Below, in pieces: positions 41,268 to 51,310 of a stretch of DNA of 64,000 nt (positions within the stretch are counted from its first letter, which is position 1; each line of letters begins with the position of its first letter). Source of the DNA: Candidatus Margulisiibacteriota bacterium (GTDB taxonomy: Bacteria > Margulisbacteria > WOR-1 > JAHJIW01). The notes below the pieces were generated by a model that did no database searches, was not told where the DNA came from, and worked only from the letters and a program-made list of their open reading frames with translations. The stretch spans positions 67,562-131,561 of the forward strand of contig JAHJIW010000005.1 in NCBI GenBank assembly GCA_018823125.1, written 5' to 3'. The translations under genes and the position numbers were made by a program.

Positions 41268-42827
41268 TTGAAACAGATCACAATTCTTGATACTACGCTG
41301 AGGGACGGCTCTCAAATGGAGGGAGTCTCATTTACGGTTGAAGATAAGCTGAAAATTGCCCGTCTTTTGGACGAAATCGGCATTCAATATGTCGAAGGCG
41401 GCTGGCCGGGATCAAACCCTAAAGACATTAACTTTTTTAAGAAGGCCAAAAAGCTCAATTTAAAACAATCAAAATTAACTGCTTTTGCTTCGACGCGCCG
41501 CGCTAAATATGCGGCTGAAAAAGATCCCAATCTACAGGCTTTAATCGAGTGTGAAGCTCCGGTAGTATCGATTTTTGGAAAAACCTGGGATTTTCACGTT
41601 AAAGAAGCCCTTAAAATATCCAACGAAGAAAATCTTAAATTAATTGAAGATTCAATTGCTTATCTAAAATCGCAGGGCCGGGAAGTACTGTTTGACGCCG
41701 AACACTTTTTTGACGGGTATAAAGCTAATCCGGAGTATGCTTTGCAGTGCTTAAGTGTGGCCGAAAAGGCCGGAGCCGACGTTTTAGTATTATGTGATAC
41801 TAACGGCGGATCTTTGCCTTCGGAAATTACCAGTATCATGCAGGCAGTTAAAAAAATGATCAACGCTCCGTTAGGAATTCATGCGCACAATGATTCTAAT
41901 ATGGGAGTGGCCAATTCAATTGCCGCGGTCGAAGCCGGGGCGGTTAACGTACAAGGAACCATTAATGGTTATGGTGAGCGCTGCGGAAATGCCGATCTTT
42001 GTTCGGTCATCCCGGTATTAATGCTGAAGATGGGCTATAAAGTAATCGGCGAAGAACATTTAAAAACCTTAAAAGAAATTTCCCGCCACTTAAGTGAAAT
42101 CGCCAATATGGCGCCGATCCCCAATCAGCCGTTTGTGGGCCGCACCGCTTTTGCGCATAAGGGCGGCATCCACGTGAGCGCGGTTTTAAAACATCCCGGA
42201 ACTTATGAGCATATTCAGCCCGAGTTGGTGGGCAACGAACGTCGGGTGACCATTTCCGAATTATCCGGAATCAGTAATTTAATTTACAAAGCCAAGGAAT
42301 ACGGGGTCGATCTTAAAAAAGATTCCCCCCAAATTAAAAAATTATTAAACCAACTCAAAGAATTGGAGCACGAAGGGTATCAATTTGAAGAAGGCGAAGC
42401 TTCTTTTGAACTGCTGGTTAAAAAAGCAGTAGGGGAAGTAAACCCATTTTTTAAGTTAAAAGATTTTAAGGTTTCTTCAATCAAGAGCGGAGCGAAGGCC
42501 ACGGTGGTTCAAGCTAAACTAGTGCTTGCGGTTAAAGGCAAAGAAAAAGTTACCAAAGCCGAAGGCGATGGTCCGGTTAACGCATTGGATGGAGCGCTGC
42601 GTAAAGCCATTGTTGATATTTATCCGGAAGTCAGCAAAGTTAGATTAACCGACTATAAAGTAAGAGTACTGGACAGCCGCGAAGGAACCGCCGCCAAAGT
42701 CAGGGTTATGATTGAATCGGCCGACGAAGAAAAAGTATGGGTGACGGTTGGGGTTTCTACTAATATCATTGAAGCTTCCTGGCTGGCATTAGTAGACGGG
42801 ATTGAATATAAGTTGATGAAAGGATAA
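41268..42827 (+). CDS. cimA: (R)-citramalate synthase
   Basis: 519 aa; LRDGSQMEGVSF N-terminus and a LeuA-dimer C-terminal domain; length fits CimA better than LeuA. TTG start. Confidence 0.8.
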   Translation: MKQITILDTTLRDGSQMEGVSFTVEDKLKIARLLDEIGIQYVEGGWPGSNPKDINFFKKAKKLNLKQSKLTAFASTRRAKYAAEKDPNLQALIECEAPVVSIFGKTWDFHVKEALKISNEENLKLIEDSIAYLKSQGREVLFDAEHFFDGYKANPEYALQCLSVAEKAGADVLVLCDTNGGSLPSEITSIMQAVKKMINAPLGIHAHNDSNMGVANSIAAVEAGAVNVQGTINGYGERCGNADLCSVIPVLMLKMGYKVIGEEHLKTLKEISRHLSEIANMAPIPNQPFVGRTAFAHKGGIHVSAVLKHPGTYEHIQPELVGNERRVTISELSGISNLIYKAKEYGVDLKKDSPQIKKLLNQLKELEHEGYQFEEGEASFELLVKKAVGEVNPFFKLKDFKVSSIKSGAKATVVQAKLVLAVKGKEKVTKAEGDGPVNALDGALRKAIVDIYPEVSKVRLTDYKVRVLDSREGTAAKVRVMIESADEEKVWVTVGVSTNIIEASWLALVDGIEYKLMKG

Positions 42828-42832
42828 ATCAA

Positions 42833-44125
42833 ATGAGTTTTCCCGCTACCGCAAAAATTACCAAAGAAGGAATAATAGAAATTGGTGGAGTTTCGGTTGA
42901 AGTTTTGGCCGAAAAATTCGGCACCCCCTTATACGTGATGGACGAGCAGACCATCCGTCAAAAATGCCGTGAATACCGCCTGGCTTTTCAAAATAAATAT
43001 CCTAATACCAGTTTTATTTATGCCTCTAAAGCGCTTTCCACTCTTTCAATTTTAAAAATTGTTGCCGAAGAAGGCTTTGGCCTGGATATTTCTTCGGGCG
43101 GCGAGCTTTATACCGCGCTCAAAGCCGGCGTGGATCCCGAAACTATTTATTTCCACGGCAATAATAAACCGGCGGATGAAATTACCGAAGCCCTCGAAGC
43201 AAAAATCGGCCGCTTTGTGGTAGATAACCTGGAAGAATTAAATGAACTTAACATGCAGGCTCTAAAACGCGGCGAAAAAGCCAATATTTTAGTCAGACTA
43301 AACCCCGGAGTTGAAGCGCATACCCACGAGTTCATTCAGACCGGAAAAATTGATTCGAAATTTGGTTTTCCGCAGTCAGGAATTCCGGAGCTGATTAAAA
43401 AAATTAAAGCGGCTAAAGCCATTAACTTTGTCGGCATTCATGCGCACATTGGTTCGCAAATTTTTGAAGCCGATTCTTTTGCCAAAGAAACCGATGTGTT
43501 AATTGAACTGGGTGCCAAATTTAAAAAAGAGGGACTGGAAGTAAAAGAAATCAATATCGGAGGCGGGATCGGCATTTCCTACGTTGATTCGGATGATCCT
43601 CCGCCCATCGAAGCCTTTGCTGAAAAGATTGCGGCGGTGCTGATTGAAAAAGCCGAGGCCGCAGGGTTAGATACACCCAAACTTGTTCTTGAACCCGGAA
43701 GATCAATTGTCGGTGAAGCCGGAATTACAATTTACCGGGTTGGTTCGGTCAAGCACATTCCCGGAATCAGAACTTACGTATCGGTAGACGGCGGCATGTT
43801 GGATAATCCGCGGCCCATTTTGTACGGCGCACAGTATAAAGTTTTGGTAGCCAACCGCGCCTTAGACGAAGAAAAACATAAACAGACCATCGGCGGAAGA
43901 TTTTGCGAATCGGGGGACATTTTATTTAAAGATGTGCATATTCCAATGGTTAAAAAAGATGATTTGTTAGTAGTTTTTTGTACCGGCGCCTATGGATACT
44001 CGATGGCCAGCAATTATAACCGGGTTCCCAGACCGGCGATGGTATTAGTTAACGACGGAAAAGCAAAATTAATTATCAAAAGAGAGACTTACCAGGATCT
44101 GATAAAAAATGATATACTCATTTAG
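42833..44125 (+). CDS. lysA: Diaminopimelate decarboxylase
   Basis: 430 aa; PLP fold-III motifs (YASKAL, SSGGELYTA, CESGD). Confidence 0.9.
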   Translation: MSFPATAKITKEGIIEIGGVSVEVLAEKFGTPLYVMDEQTIRQKCREYRLAFQNKYPNTSFIYASKALSTLSILKIVAEEGFGLDISSGGELYTALKAGVDPETIYFHGNNKPADEITEALEAKIGRFVVDNLEELNELNMQALKRGEKANILVRLNPGVEAHTHEFIQTGKIDSKFGFPQSGIPELIKKIKAAKAINFVGIHAHIGSQIFEADSFAKETDVLIELGAKFKKEGLEVKEINIGGGIGISYVDSDDPPPIEAFAEKIAAVLIEKAEAAGLDTPKLVLEPGRSIVGEAGITIYRVGSVKHIPGIRTYVSVDGGMLDNPRPILYGAQYKVLVANRALDEEKHKQTIGGRFCESGDILFKDVHIPMVKKDDLLVVFCTGAYGYSMASNYNRVPRPAMVLVNDGKAKLIIKRETYQDLIKNDILI

Positions 44126-44136
44126 AAGGAGTATCC

Positions 44137-44955
44137 GTGTTTAATATTCCGTTTGAGATTAGATTTGTTGACTTCATCGATATCGCGATCGTCGCGATTA
44201 TGTTTTATTACATCCTGCTTTGGATTAAGGGCACCCGCGCGGTTCAGCTGATTCGAGGGCTTTTACTGATCGTTTTAATCTATGCGGCAGGCCGGTTTTT
44301 TGGATTTTATACCATTAACTGGCTGTTTGATAAGTTTGCGGCGGTTATTTTAGTTTTATTAATCATTATTTTCCAGCCGGAGCTGCGCCGCACCCTCGAG
44401 CGTTTTGGCAGAGGAAAAATTTTGGGTAGAATGGGTTTTCAGGTTGAGCCGCACGGTTCGTGGTTTGTCAGGCACTTAGTGCGCGCGGTCGAAATTTTAT
44501 CCGAAAATAAAATTGGCGCCTTAGTGGTTTTAGAGCGTAATTCGGGACTGACCGAATTTTTAGAATCCGGCGTCAGAATCGATGCGATTACCTCGGCCGA
44601 ATTAATTGTTTCTATCTTTACCCTCAAAAGTCCGCTGCACGACGGCGCGATCATTATTCAGGGTGAAAGAGTTTTGTCTGCGGGATGTCTTTTGCCTTTG
44701 TCTGAAAGCAGACTTTTGGATAAAAGGCTGGGTACCCGGCACCGTGCCGCAGTTGGACTAACTGAACAAACCGATGCATTGGTCCTGGTGGTTTCAGAAA
44801 GATCGGGAACAATTTCTATAGCAGAAAACGGCTTTTTGACCCGCTTCTTAACCCGGGAAATGCTCGAAGAAAAGCTTTTTAATTTATACAAAGCCGAAGG
44901 GGCAAAGGCTGATGTTATTCCATGGCAAATCCTAAAGAAAAAAATCAAAAAATAA
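44137..44955 (+). CDS. cdaA: Diadenylate cyclase (DAC domain, membrane-anchored)
   Basis: N-terminal TM helices; DAC motifs DGAIII and GTRHRAA. Confidence 0.85.
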   Translation: MFNIPFEIRFVDFIDIAIVAIMFYYILLWIKGTRAVQLIRGLLLIVLIYAAGRFFGFYTINWLFDKFAAVILVLLIIIFQPELRRTLERFGRGKILGRMGFQVEPHGSWFVRHLVRAVEILSENKIGALVVLERNSGLTEFLESGVRIDAITSAELIVSIFTLKSPLHDGAIIIQGERVLSAGCLLPLSESRLLDKRLGTRHRAAVGLTEQTDALVLVVSERSGTISIAENGFLTRFLTREMLEEKLFNLYKAEGAKADVIPWQILKKKIKK

Positions 44956-45707
44956 GCGTATCATCCCTCAAGCAATTCAAGCAGAACCATAAAAAAATTA
45001 CCGCCTTAACTGCTTATGATTTTCCTACGGCAAAAATTTTAGATGAAGCCGGCCTCGATATTATTTTAGTGGGCGATTCATTGGGTAACGTAATTTTAGG
45101 TTATGAAAATACTTTGCCGGTAACCATGGCAGATATGCTGCATCATCTAAAGGCGGTAAGGCGTGCGGTAAAGAAAAGTTTACTAGTTGTTGATCTTCCG
45201 CTATTAGGGACTAGAGACCAGAGACCAGGGACCAGAGTCAAGAATATTTTGAAGCTAATCGATGCGGGTGCCGAAGCGGTAAAAATTGAAGGACTAGAGC
45301 ATCTGGATTTAATTAAAGAATGTATTAAAGCCGGCATTCCGGTTATGGGACACATTGGCTTTACTCCTCAGGATATCGAAAAGTTGGGCGGCGCAAAAAT
45401 GCAGGGAAAAACCAAAGAAGCGGCCGAAAAATTAATTAAAGATGCAAAACAGCTAGAAGCCGCCGGTGTTTTTGCGATAGTGATTGAGTTGGTACCCGAA
45501 GATGTTGCTACGCAAATCACGGCAGCGGTAGAAATTCCAACGATTGGAATCGGGGCAGGGCGACATACCGACGGACAAGTTTTAGTTTTACACGATATAT
45601 TAGGCCTGACCCAAGGCAAAACTCCGAAGTTTGTAAAACAGTACGCTAATTTAGGCGATTTGACCAAGCAAGCGGTTCAAAGTTATATTCGTGACGTTAC
45701 TGCTTAA
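44922..45707 (+). CDS. panB: 3-methyl-2-oxobutanoate hydroxymethyltransferase
   Basis: 261 aa; KITALTAYDFPTA and LVGDSLGNV motifs. Overlaps the cdaA 3' end by 34 nt. Confidence 0.85.
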   Translation: MANPKEKNQKISVSSLKQFKQNHKKITALTAYDFPTAKILDEAGLDIILVGDSLGNVILGYENTLPVTMADMLHHLKAVRRAVKKSLLVVDLPLLGTRDQRPGTRVKNILKLIDAGAEAVKIEGLEHLDLIKECIKAGIPVMGHIGFTPQDIEKLGGAKMQGKTKEAAEKLIKDAKQLEAAGVFAIVIELVPEDVATQITAAVEIPTIGIGAGRHTDGQVLVLHDILGLTQGKTPKFVKQYANLGDLTKQAVQSYIRDVTA

Positions 45708-45712
45708 TGCAT

Positions 45713-45785
45713 GCCCCCGTAGCTCAGTGGATAGAGCAGCGGTTTCCTAAACCGTTGGTCGGAGGTTCAACTCCTCTCGGGGGTA
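45713..45785 (+). tRNA. tRNA-Arg (anticodon CCU)
   Basis: 73-nt cloverleaf folded by hand: 7-bp acceptor stem, D-stem GCTC/GAGC, anticodon stem GCGGT/ACCGT with loop TTCCTAA (U33, anticodon CCT, A37), T-loop TTCAACT. CCA not encoded; followed by a T-run. Confidence 0.85.
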
Positions 45786-45788
45786 TTT

Positions 45789-46259
45789 TTATTTCATCCT
45801 CTTATAAATAATATACAACCCGATCAAAACTAACGGCATAACTAAGTCTGATAAAATAATATTCGGACCGATATTGTAAGCTGCCAGATTGCCGCTGATA
45901 TACAAACTATGTACATGTCCGATCATGCAGGCTAAAAGAAAGAAGCTTTCTGCGATAATTGCGGCCAGCCAGAAAGTGCCGCGGATAAACAAACACAAAA
46001 AAGCAACCAGGCCCATGGCCATATCGGCTACGCCAACTTCATATTGAAAGGGACTGCCCGGTGCCCAGCCGATACGGGCCGCAGTTGCCGGACCGTCAAA
46101 AACATGAAATACTCCGGAAACGATGCTGGATAAACCCACGTTGATGGCCAAAAGATACATTAAAATAACGCCAACAATTTTTTTAGCGGATCTTTCTTTC
46201 ATCAAAAACACATGAATCACAATTGCGATTACCGAAATTATAAAGAAAAAGAAAAACAT
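45789..46259 (-). CDS. Hypothetical polytopic membrane protein
   Basis: Start set to the internal ATG (MFFFFFIISV) preceded by AAAGGAG; about 4 predicted TM helices. Confidence 0.5.
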   Translation of the reverse strand: MFFFFFIISVIAIVIHVFLMKERSAKKIVGVILMYLLAINVGLSSIVSGVFHVFDGPATAARIGWAPGSPFQYEVGVADMAMGLVAFLCLFIRGTFWLAAIIAESFFLLACMIGHVHSLYISGNLAAYNIGPNIILSDLVMPLVLIGLYIIYKRMK

Positions 46260-46364
46260 ACTTATCAACTCCTTTATTAAATTATACACCGAAAAGATTG
46301 ACACAAAAAGATCCGGGTGGCACAATATTTACACGGCGGTGAGTTTTTTTGCCGTGGTGATAAA

Positions 46365-47006
46365 ATGCTGTCATTGCTGGTAAAAGTTATACCATTAAAT
46401 ATGGCGTCAGCCTTAAGCCCGGGGATCCTGGCGGTGTCAGTTTTACTGCTGGGAGGAAAACGCCAGCCGGTTTTGCGCAGTTTGGCGTTTTTTTTAGGTA
46501 CGCTGGTGGTTGGAGTAATTGCGGTTTCCGCCGGATTTTTTCTGGGCCAGGCGCTGTCCACCGGGATGAAACAGGGAGCGGCTTCGTCTGTAATTGATCT
46601 GATCCTCGGAGTGATCTTTATTGTTTTCGGGTTCAAGCTTTTTTTTGCCCGGGAAATCAATCCGTCTCTCAAAGAGTACCGCCATCAGCTGCTGACGCTG
46701 TTTGCGGGCGGGCTTATTTTAAGCGGCACCAATTTTGACGCCTTGTTTTTGTCTTTTGCCGCCGCCAAGGAAGTGGGCGGCACCCCGGACATCCAGATGA
46801 TTTCCAGGATATGCCTCTTGGTTTTGAATTTGATATTTTTTACCCTGCCGGTCCTGCTGCCGCTTTTGGCCTTTATTTATTTTCCGCGCTACGCTGCCGG
46901 TTTTTTTAAAAAGATCAATCAGTATGCATTAAAGTACAGCCGCTTCATGCTTTCGGTTTTATTTATCGTGTTTGGAGTGGTGTTGGTGCTACGGGGAATA
47001 AGGTAG
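46365..47006 (+). CDS. Hypothetical polytopic membrane protein
   Basis: Start set to ATG at 46365 (MLSLLVK); hydrophobic throughout. A TTGACA-N17-CACAAT promoter-like element lies upstream at 46298-46326. Confidence 0.5.
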   Translation: MLSLLVKVIPLNMASALSPGILAVSVLLLGGKRQPVLRSLAFFLGTLVVGVIAVSAGFFLGQALSTGMKQGAASSVIDLILGVIFIVFGFKLFFAREINPSLKEYRHQLLTLFAGGLILSGTNFDALFLSFAAAKEVGGTPDIQMISRICLLVLNLIFFTLPVLLPLLAFIYFPRYAAGFFKKINQYALKYSRFMLSVLFIVFGVVLVLRGIR

Positions 47007-47074
47007 GGTTTTCTTTATTGACATTAAAAATATTGAATGGGAAAATACTATTAATTCTAAAGGGGAGGTAAACA

Positions 47075-47623
47075 ATGAAAGTATTAAAATGGATCCTGAT
47101 TATTGTTTTGGTTCTGGTACTGCTCCTGATTGCGTTTCTGGCTTACATGGGGATGATTTTACCGTTGAAAATTAATGAAACTAAGATGGGCCCTTATACC
47201 ATTGCCTACGAAAGCTTTACCGGCCCTTACGCAGAGACGGGACCGGTTTTTGATAAAGTTTACAAAGCATTAAAAGCAGAAGGGATCGGTTCCACTAGAG
47301 GGCTTGGTATTTATTACGATAATCCGAGCAATGTGCCAGCGGACAAGCTGCGTAGTGACTGTGGCGTAATCATTGAAGCTGCAGACCTGGCTAAGTTTAA
47401 TAAAGTAAGAAGAAAATTTAAAATTAAACAAATTCCGCAAGGCGACTGCGTGGTAGTAGAATTTCCGCTGCGCAACATGCTTTCTTACATGATGGGGCCG
47501 ATGAAAGTTTATCCAACGCTGATGAAATATATTCAGGCGAAAGGTTATAAAGTTTCGATGTCCTATGAGCTTTATGATGAACTGCAGAAGAAAATTTATT
47601 TTGTGATGGGGATTACGAAGTAA
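47075..47623 (+). CDS. Membrane-anchored GyrI-like / effector-binding domain protein
   Basis: N-terminal TM helix followed by a roughly 150 aa domain resembling GyrI-like small-molecule-binding domains. A TTGACA-N17-GAAAAT element lies upstream at 47018-47046. Confidence 0.5.
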   Translation: MKVLKWILIIVLVLVLLLIAFLAYMGMILPLKINETKMGPYTIAYESFTGPYAETGPVFDKVYKALKAEGIGSTRGLGIYYDNPSNVPADKLRSDCGVIIEAADLAKFNKVRRKFKIKQIPQGDCVVVEFPLRNMLSYMMGPMKVYPTLMKYIQAKGYKVSMSYELYDELQKKIYFVMGITK

Positions 47624-47662
47624 AAAGGAGAAAATAATATAAATCCTTAAGGAAGTGAAGTT

Positions 47663-49312
47663 ATGAATCTAAAAAAAATAATCCTGTTAGCCGTGATTGT
47701 GATCCTGGTCGTAGTCCTGTCTATTCCTTTAGCCCGCAACCTCATCCGCTCTTTTTACACTTATGACATTTTAATTAAAGGCGGCACGGTCTATGATGGA
47801 AGCAAAGAAAAACCTAAAGTTGAAGATATCGGGATCAAGGGTGACAAAATCACCGCGGTAGGAAAAGATCTTTCCGGATCGGCCATGAAAACGATCAATG
47901 CCGAAGGTTTGATCGTCACGCCCGGTTTCATCGATTGCCATAACCATACCGACCTAAATATTTTAATGGCCCTCCTCATGTCCGGTAAAACGGATGATTT
48001 TTCCATGATCACTCCGGCCTGGAGAAATAATCATAATTATATAACTCAGGGGGTTACAACTATAGTTACCGGGTTATGCGGCGGAGGGCTGCCAGACACA
48101 AACATGTGGCTGGGCCTGATTGATTCTCAGAAATTTGCAAGCAATGTTTATCACCTGATACCTTACGGCATATTAAGACAGCAGCTTTTCGGGGACAACC
48201 AGCCAACAACCCTAACTGCGGAGCAGCTTGATACTCTTAAAAAGATGGTGGAGAAAGAAATGCAGAACGGCGCCATCGGCGTTACCGTGGGTTTGGAATA
48301 CGCACCCACTTGTTTCACAACTACCGATGAGCTGGTTGAGATCGCCAAAGTGGTCAATAAATACGGCGGACTCTACGATGCTCATATCCGGGACCAGACC
48401 GGCACCATGCATGATAACGGCCAGCCAGGGGTGCTGAATTCGATTAAAGAAACCATCGAGATCGGCAAACGCGCCAATATCCCTGTCCACATCTCGCATA
48501 TTCAGCTCAACCTTCCCTGGAATAATGTCCAGGCAAAACAAATGTACGGCTTAATTGAGCAGGCCCGTGCTGAAGGTGTAGATATTACTGCTGACCAGCA
48601 TCCCTACGATGCCGGTTATGCGGTGCTTTCCTACCGCCTGCCGGATAAGTTCAAGACCGGCCTCGGCGTCAATGCAAAATATAAGAATCCCGAAGGCAAA
48701 GCGGAGATGATAGCAGCTACCAAAAAGATATTTACTTTCCTTGGTCCGGATAAGATCATGCTTACTTCAGGGCCTGAAAAATACATCAACAAGACCATCC
48801 AGGAGATCGCAAAAATGGAAGGAAAGGATCCGGCTGAAGTTTATGTCGACCTTTCCTGCCTGGATCCGGCGCCCTTTGCGCTCTTCCAGGAAATCAGCGA
48901 TAAAGTTAATCGGGAAAACATGCAGCACGATTACGTTTTCACCGCTTCCGATGGTTTTACGGTTTTTGAATCTGCGGATTCACCGCATCCCAGATTTTTT
49001 GGCTGTTTCCCGCGCAAAATTAAAAAATATGCGGTGGAGGAAAAATTGCTGAGCTTAAATGACGCGATCCGTTCGATGACTTCGCTGCCGGCGGCCAAGT
49101 TTAAGCTTAAAGACCGGGGCGTGATCGCCGTGGGAAAATACGCGGATATTGCGGTCATCGATCTAAAAAATCTTAAAGAAAATGCTACTTACGCTGAACG
49201 CGGGCTTTATTCCGAAGGCATTGAATATTTATTGGTCAACGGTAAACTGGCAATCGATAACGGTAAGATAACCGGCAAAAAAGCCGGGCGCGCATTGAGG
49301 CTTGGACAATAA
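47663..49312 (+). CDS. Amidohydrolase-family D-aminoacylase (N-acyl-D-amino-acid deacylase-like)
   Basis: Signal/anchor segment; metal-binding GFIDCHNH motif and overall D-aminoacylase-like layout. Confidence 0.8.
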   Translation: MNLKKIILLAVIVILVVVLSIPLARNLIRSFYTYDILIKGGTVYDGSKEKPKVEDIGIKGDKITAVGKDLSGSAMKTINAEGLIVTPGFIDCHNHTDLNILMALLMSGKTDDFSMITPAWRNNHNYITQGVTTIVTGLCGGGLPDTNMWLGLIDSQKFASNVYHLIPYGILRQQLFGDNQPTTLTAEQLDTLKKMVEKEMQNGAIGVTVGLEYAPTCFTTTDELVEIAKVVNKYGGLYDAHIRDQTGTMHDNGQPGVLNSIKETIEIGKRANIPVHISHIQLNLPWNNVQAKQMYGLIEQARAEGVDITADQHPYDAGYAVLSYRLPDKFKTGLGVNAKYKNPEGKAEMIAATKKIFTFLGPDKIMLTSGPEKYINKTIQEIAKMEGKDPAEVYVDLSCLDPAPFALFQEISDKVNRENMQHDYVFTASDGFTVFESADSPHPRFFGCFPRKIKKYAVEEKLLSLNDAIRSMTSLPAAKFKLKDRGVIAVGKYADIAVIDLKNLKENATYAERGLYSEGIEYLLVNGKLAIDNGKITGKKAGRALRLGQ

Positions 49313-49947
49313 TGTTTTTTTTGAAACGATTTTTACTGATAATTGTTTTACTTATCAGCTTAGCCTCTTTTGCCCGGGCTGAAGTATTGAGCAGTGCGAT
49401 CCCGGTCAGTTTAGGACAGTGGGTCCTTGCTCCGTTTATCGGGCAGCAAACCAATGTTAATAATAATTCTGCGCTTTCCCAGACGCTCTATGGATTTTCG
49501 GCTGGCTACGGGTTATGCGACCGTACGGAGCTGGATCTGATCTATGAGTATGGCACCTTCAGCGGGGTTCCCGGCATGGAAATGTTGTTGCAGAGCTACA
49601 GTTGCTCATTGAAATATAATCTTTTGCTGGAGGCGCCGGTTTCGCTGTCGGTGGGGGCCAATTATTCTTTAATATCACAACGCGATAATTTTGCCGGATC
49701 GCCCAGCGGCAGTAACTATGGCTTTAAGGTATTGATCAGTAAAGTATTTTCTTCTTTGCATGCTTACGTCTGCTTAAACCGTTCCATCACTTCACTGGCC
49801 GGAGAAAGCAGTGCCACCGAGGCCACGCTGGGCGGCATGTGGGTGATAACGAACCAAATTGTTTTGATAACCGAAAATACCTGGCAGCTGCAATCGGCCG
49901 GTTACACCAGTAATCAATTATGCTTCAGCGCTGCTTATGTTTTGTGA
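49312..49947 (+). CDS. Hypothetical secreted protein, possible small outer-membrane beta-barrel
   Basis: Start overlaps the upstream stop (TAATG). Signal peptide ending FARA, alternating beta-like pattern, aromatic-rich C-terminus. Confidence 0.45.
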   Translation: MFFLKRFLLIIVLLISLASFARAEVLSSAIPVSLGQWVLAPFIGQQTNVNNNSALSQTLYGFSAGYGLCDRTELDLIYEYGTFSGVPGMEMLLQSYSCSLKYNLLLEAPVSLSVGANYSLISQRDNFAGSPSGSNYGFKVLISKVFSSLHAYVCLNRSITSLAGESSATEATLGGMWVITNQIVLITENTWQLQSAGYTSNQLCFSAAYVL

Positions 49948-49968
49948 TAAAGATTTGAGTCAGATATA

Positions 49969-51273
49969 TTAACTGCCTGCTTTTTTCAGCTTGAACTTGA
50001 AGGGCTCGGTAAATACCAGCGAGGGATCGCCGGTTGCCGGATCGATCGGCCCATCCTTAAGATAAAATTTTATTTCAATGCTGCGCTCGTTGATATCGTA
50101 GAGCATGGTCCAGAGCGTCCGGTGAGGCAAAGGACCGACTGACTGTTCAGCTATGTCAGTGGTATGGGCATAGACCAGGCTCATCGCCTCCTGGACATCA
50201 TCCGGTGAAAATTTCCCCTGATGGGCCTTGACATAATCAGTAAGCTTGGCGTAGCGGTAAAAAGTATTGTAAGTGCCTTTGGTTGTATAGGTCGGGAACT
50301 TGCTGGCGTCGGGATAGAGGTAAACCGCGTGATTGGTTATGACCTGCGGCCGGTCATTGTTATCGATGAAGTGATAACTGAAATCCTTGGGTGAAATATC
50401 GAAAATGAAAGACTTGCCGGAGCGGTCACAGATCAGAAGATGTCCGGGCATGAATCCCGCGACCAGCTTGTTATTGAGGATTGCCATTTTGGCCTCGTCC
50501 ACCGTCGCGCAGGTATCCAGGATCAATCTGTCCAGCTGCAGCATGTTCAGGCCGCCAACATCATCGCCCAGCGGATTGCTATCGGTACTGGGCGTGCCAA
50601 GATCATCTTCCAGCAGGGCCACGATCAGACCTTCGGAGTTCATCCCCCCCTGGAAGCCGTTTAATAAGTCCAGAGCGCCCACGACGATAGAGGAATACCC
50701 TTTATCCGGGTAGAGTTCTATGACAAAATCCCTGGAATAAAGATTATGCTCGCCCTCGACCCGCTTCATCCCCATCATCTCCCGCATGGTCGCGGTGTGA
50801 AAATCTATATTGTGGCCAACCAGATCGTGGCCATTGGCCGTGGAATCGGCCGGGAAAAATACCGCCGAGCAGCCGGGAGGAGTGATAAAGATATCGTAAT
50901 AAAGGCCGCTGGTGACATAAGTGTTATCTGTGGGAGACAGGCCGTATGATTTGGCCACGCCTTTCATCCGTTCAAGCAGGATCGGGTAGTTCTTTTCCAT
51001 GTACTGGCGGCGAGCCTCGGCGTAAAGCGGTCCGGCATAAGGGAGAAGCTTTTTGATGCCGAGCCACTCCTGGGCGATATCGCCCAAGGCTTTGCCGATC
51101 TCCTCATTGGTCCCGCGCAAAACGATGTGCCGGATCTCCAGATAAGTATCCGGCTCCTTTGCCAATATCACTTCATTGGTGACTATAACCGGGTTGGAGT
51201 TTTTGGCTAAGACGCCGGTCCCGAATCCGGCGATGAAACAAGAAACAAGTAAAAGACTAAGCAATTTTTTCAT
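49969..51273 (-). CDS. Peptidase C45-type Ntn-hydrolase (acyl-CoA:6-APA acyltransferase-like), secreted
   Basis: Signal peptide; putative autoprocessing site PPGCSAVFF. Start set to the internal ATG (MKKLLSL) preceded by AGAGGGGGAG. Confidence 0.7.
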   Translation of the reverse strand: MKKLLSLLLVSCFIAGFGTGVLAKNSNPVIVTNEVILAKEPDTYLEIRHIVLRGTNEEIGKALGDIAQEWLGIKKLLPYAGPLYAEARRQYMEKNYPILLERMKGVAKSYGLSPTDNTYVTSGLYYDIFITPPGCSAVFFPADSTANGHDLVGHNIDFHTATMREMMGMKRVEGEHNLYSRDFVIELYPDKGYSSIVVGALDLLNGFQGGMNSEGLIVALLEDDLGTPSTDSNPLGDDVGGLNMLQLDRLILDTCATVDEAKMAILNNKLVAGFMPGHLLICDRSGKSFIFDISPKDFSYHFIDNNDRPQVITNHAVYLYPDASKFPTYTTKGTYNTFYRYAKLTDYVKAHQGKFSPDDVQEAMSLVYAHTTDIAEQSVGPLPHRTLWTMLYDINERSIEIKFYLKDGPIDPATGDPSLVFTEPFKFKLKKAGS

Positions 51274-51310
51274 AATTTCTCCCCCTCTAAAAATATTATA
51301 TCCCTGCAGA

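Noticed and set aside
46331-46356. Hairpin CACGGC-N13-GCCGTG in the leader of the 46365 membrane-protein gene as a riboswitch or attenuator
   Set aside because: Only a 6-bp stem with a 13-nt loop and no flanking conservation; too weak to call.
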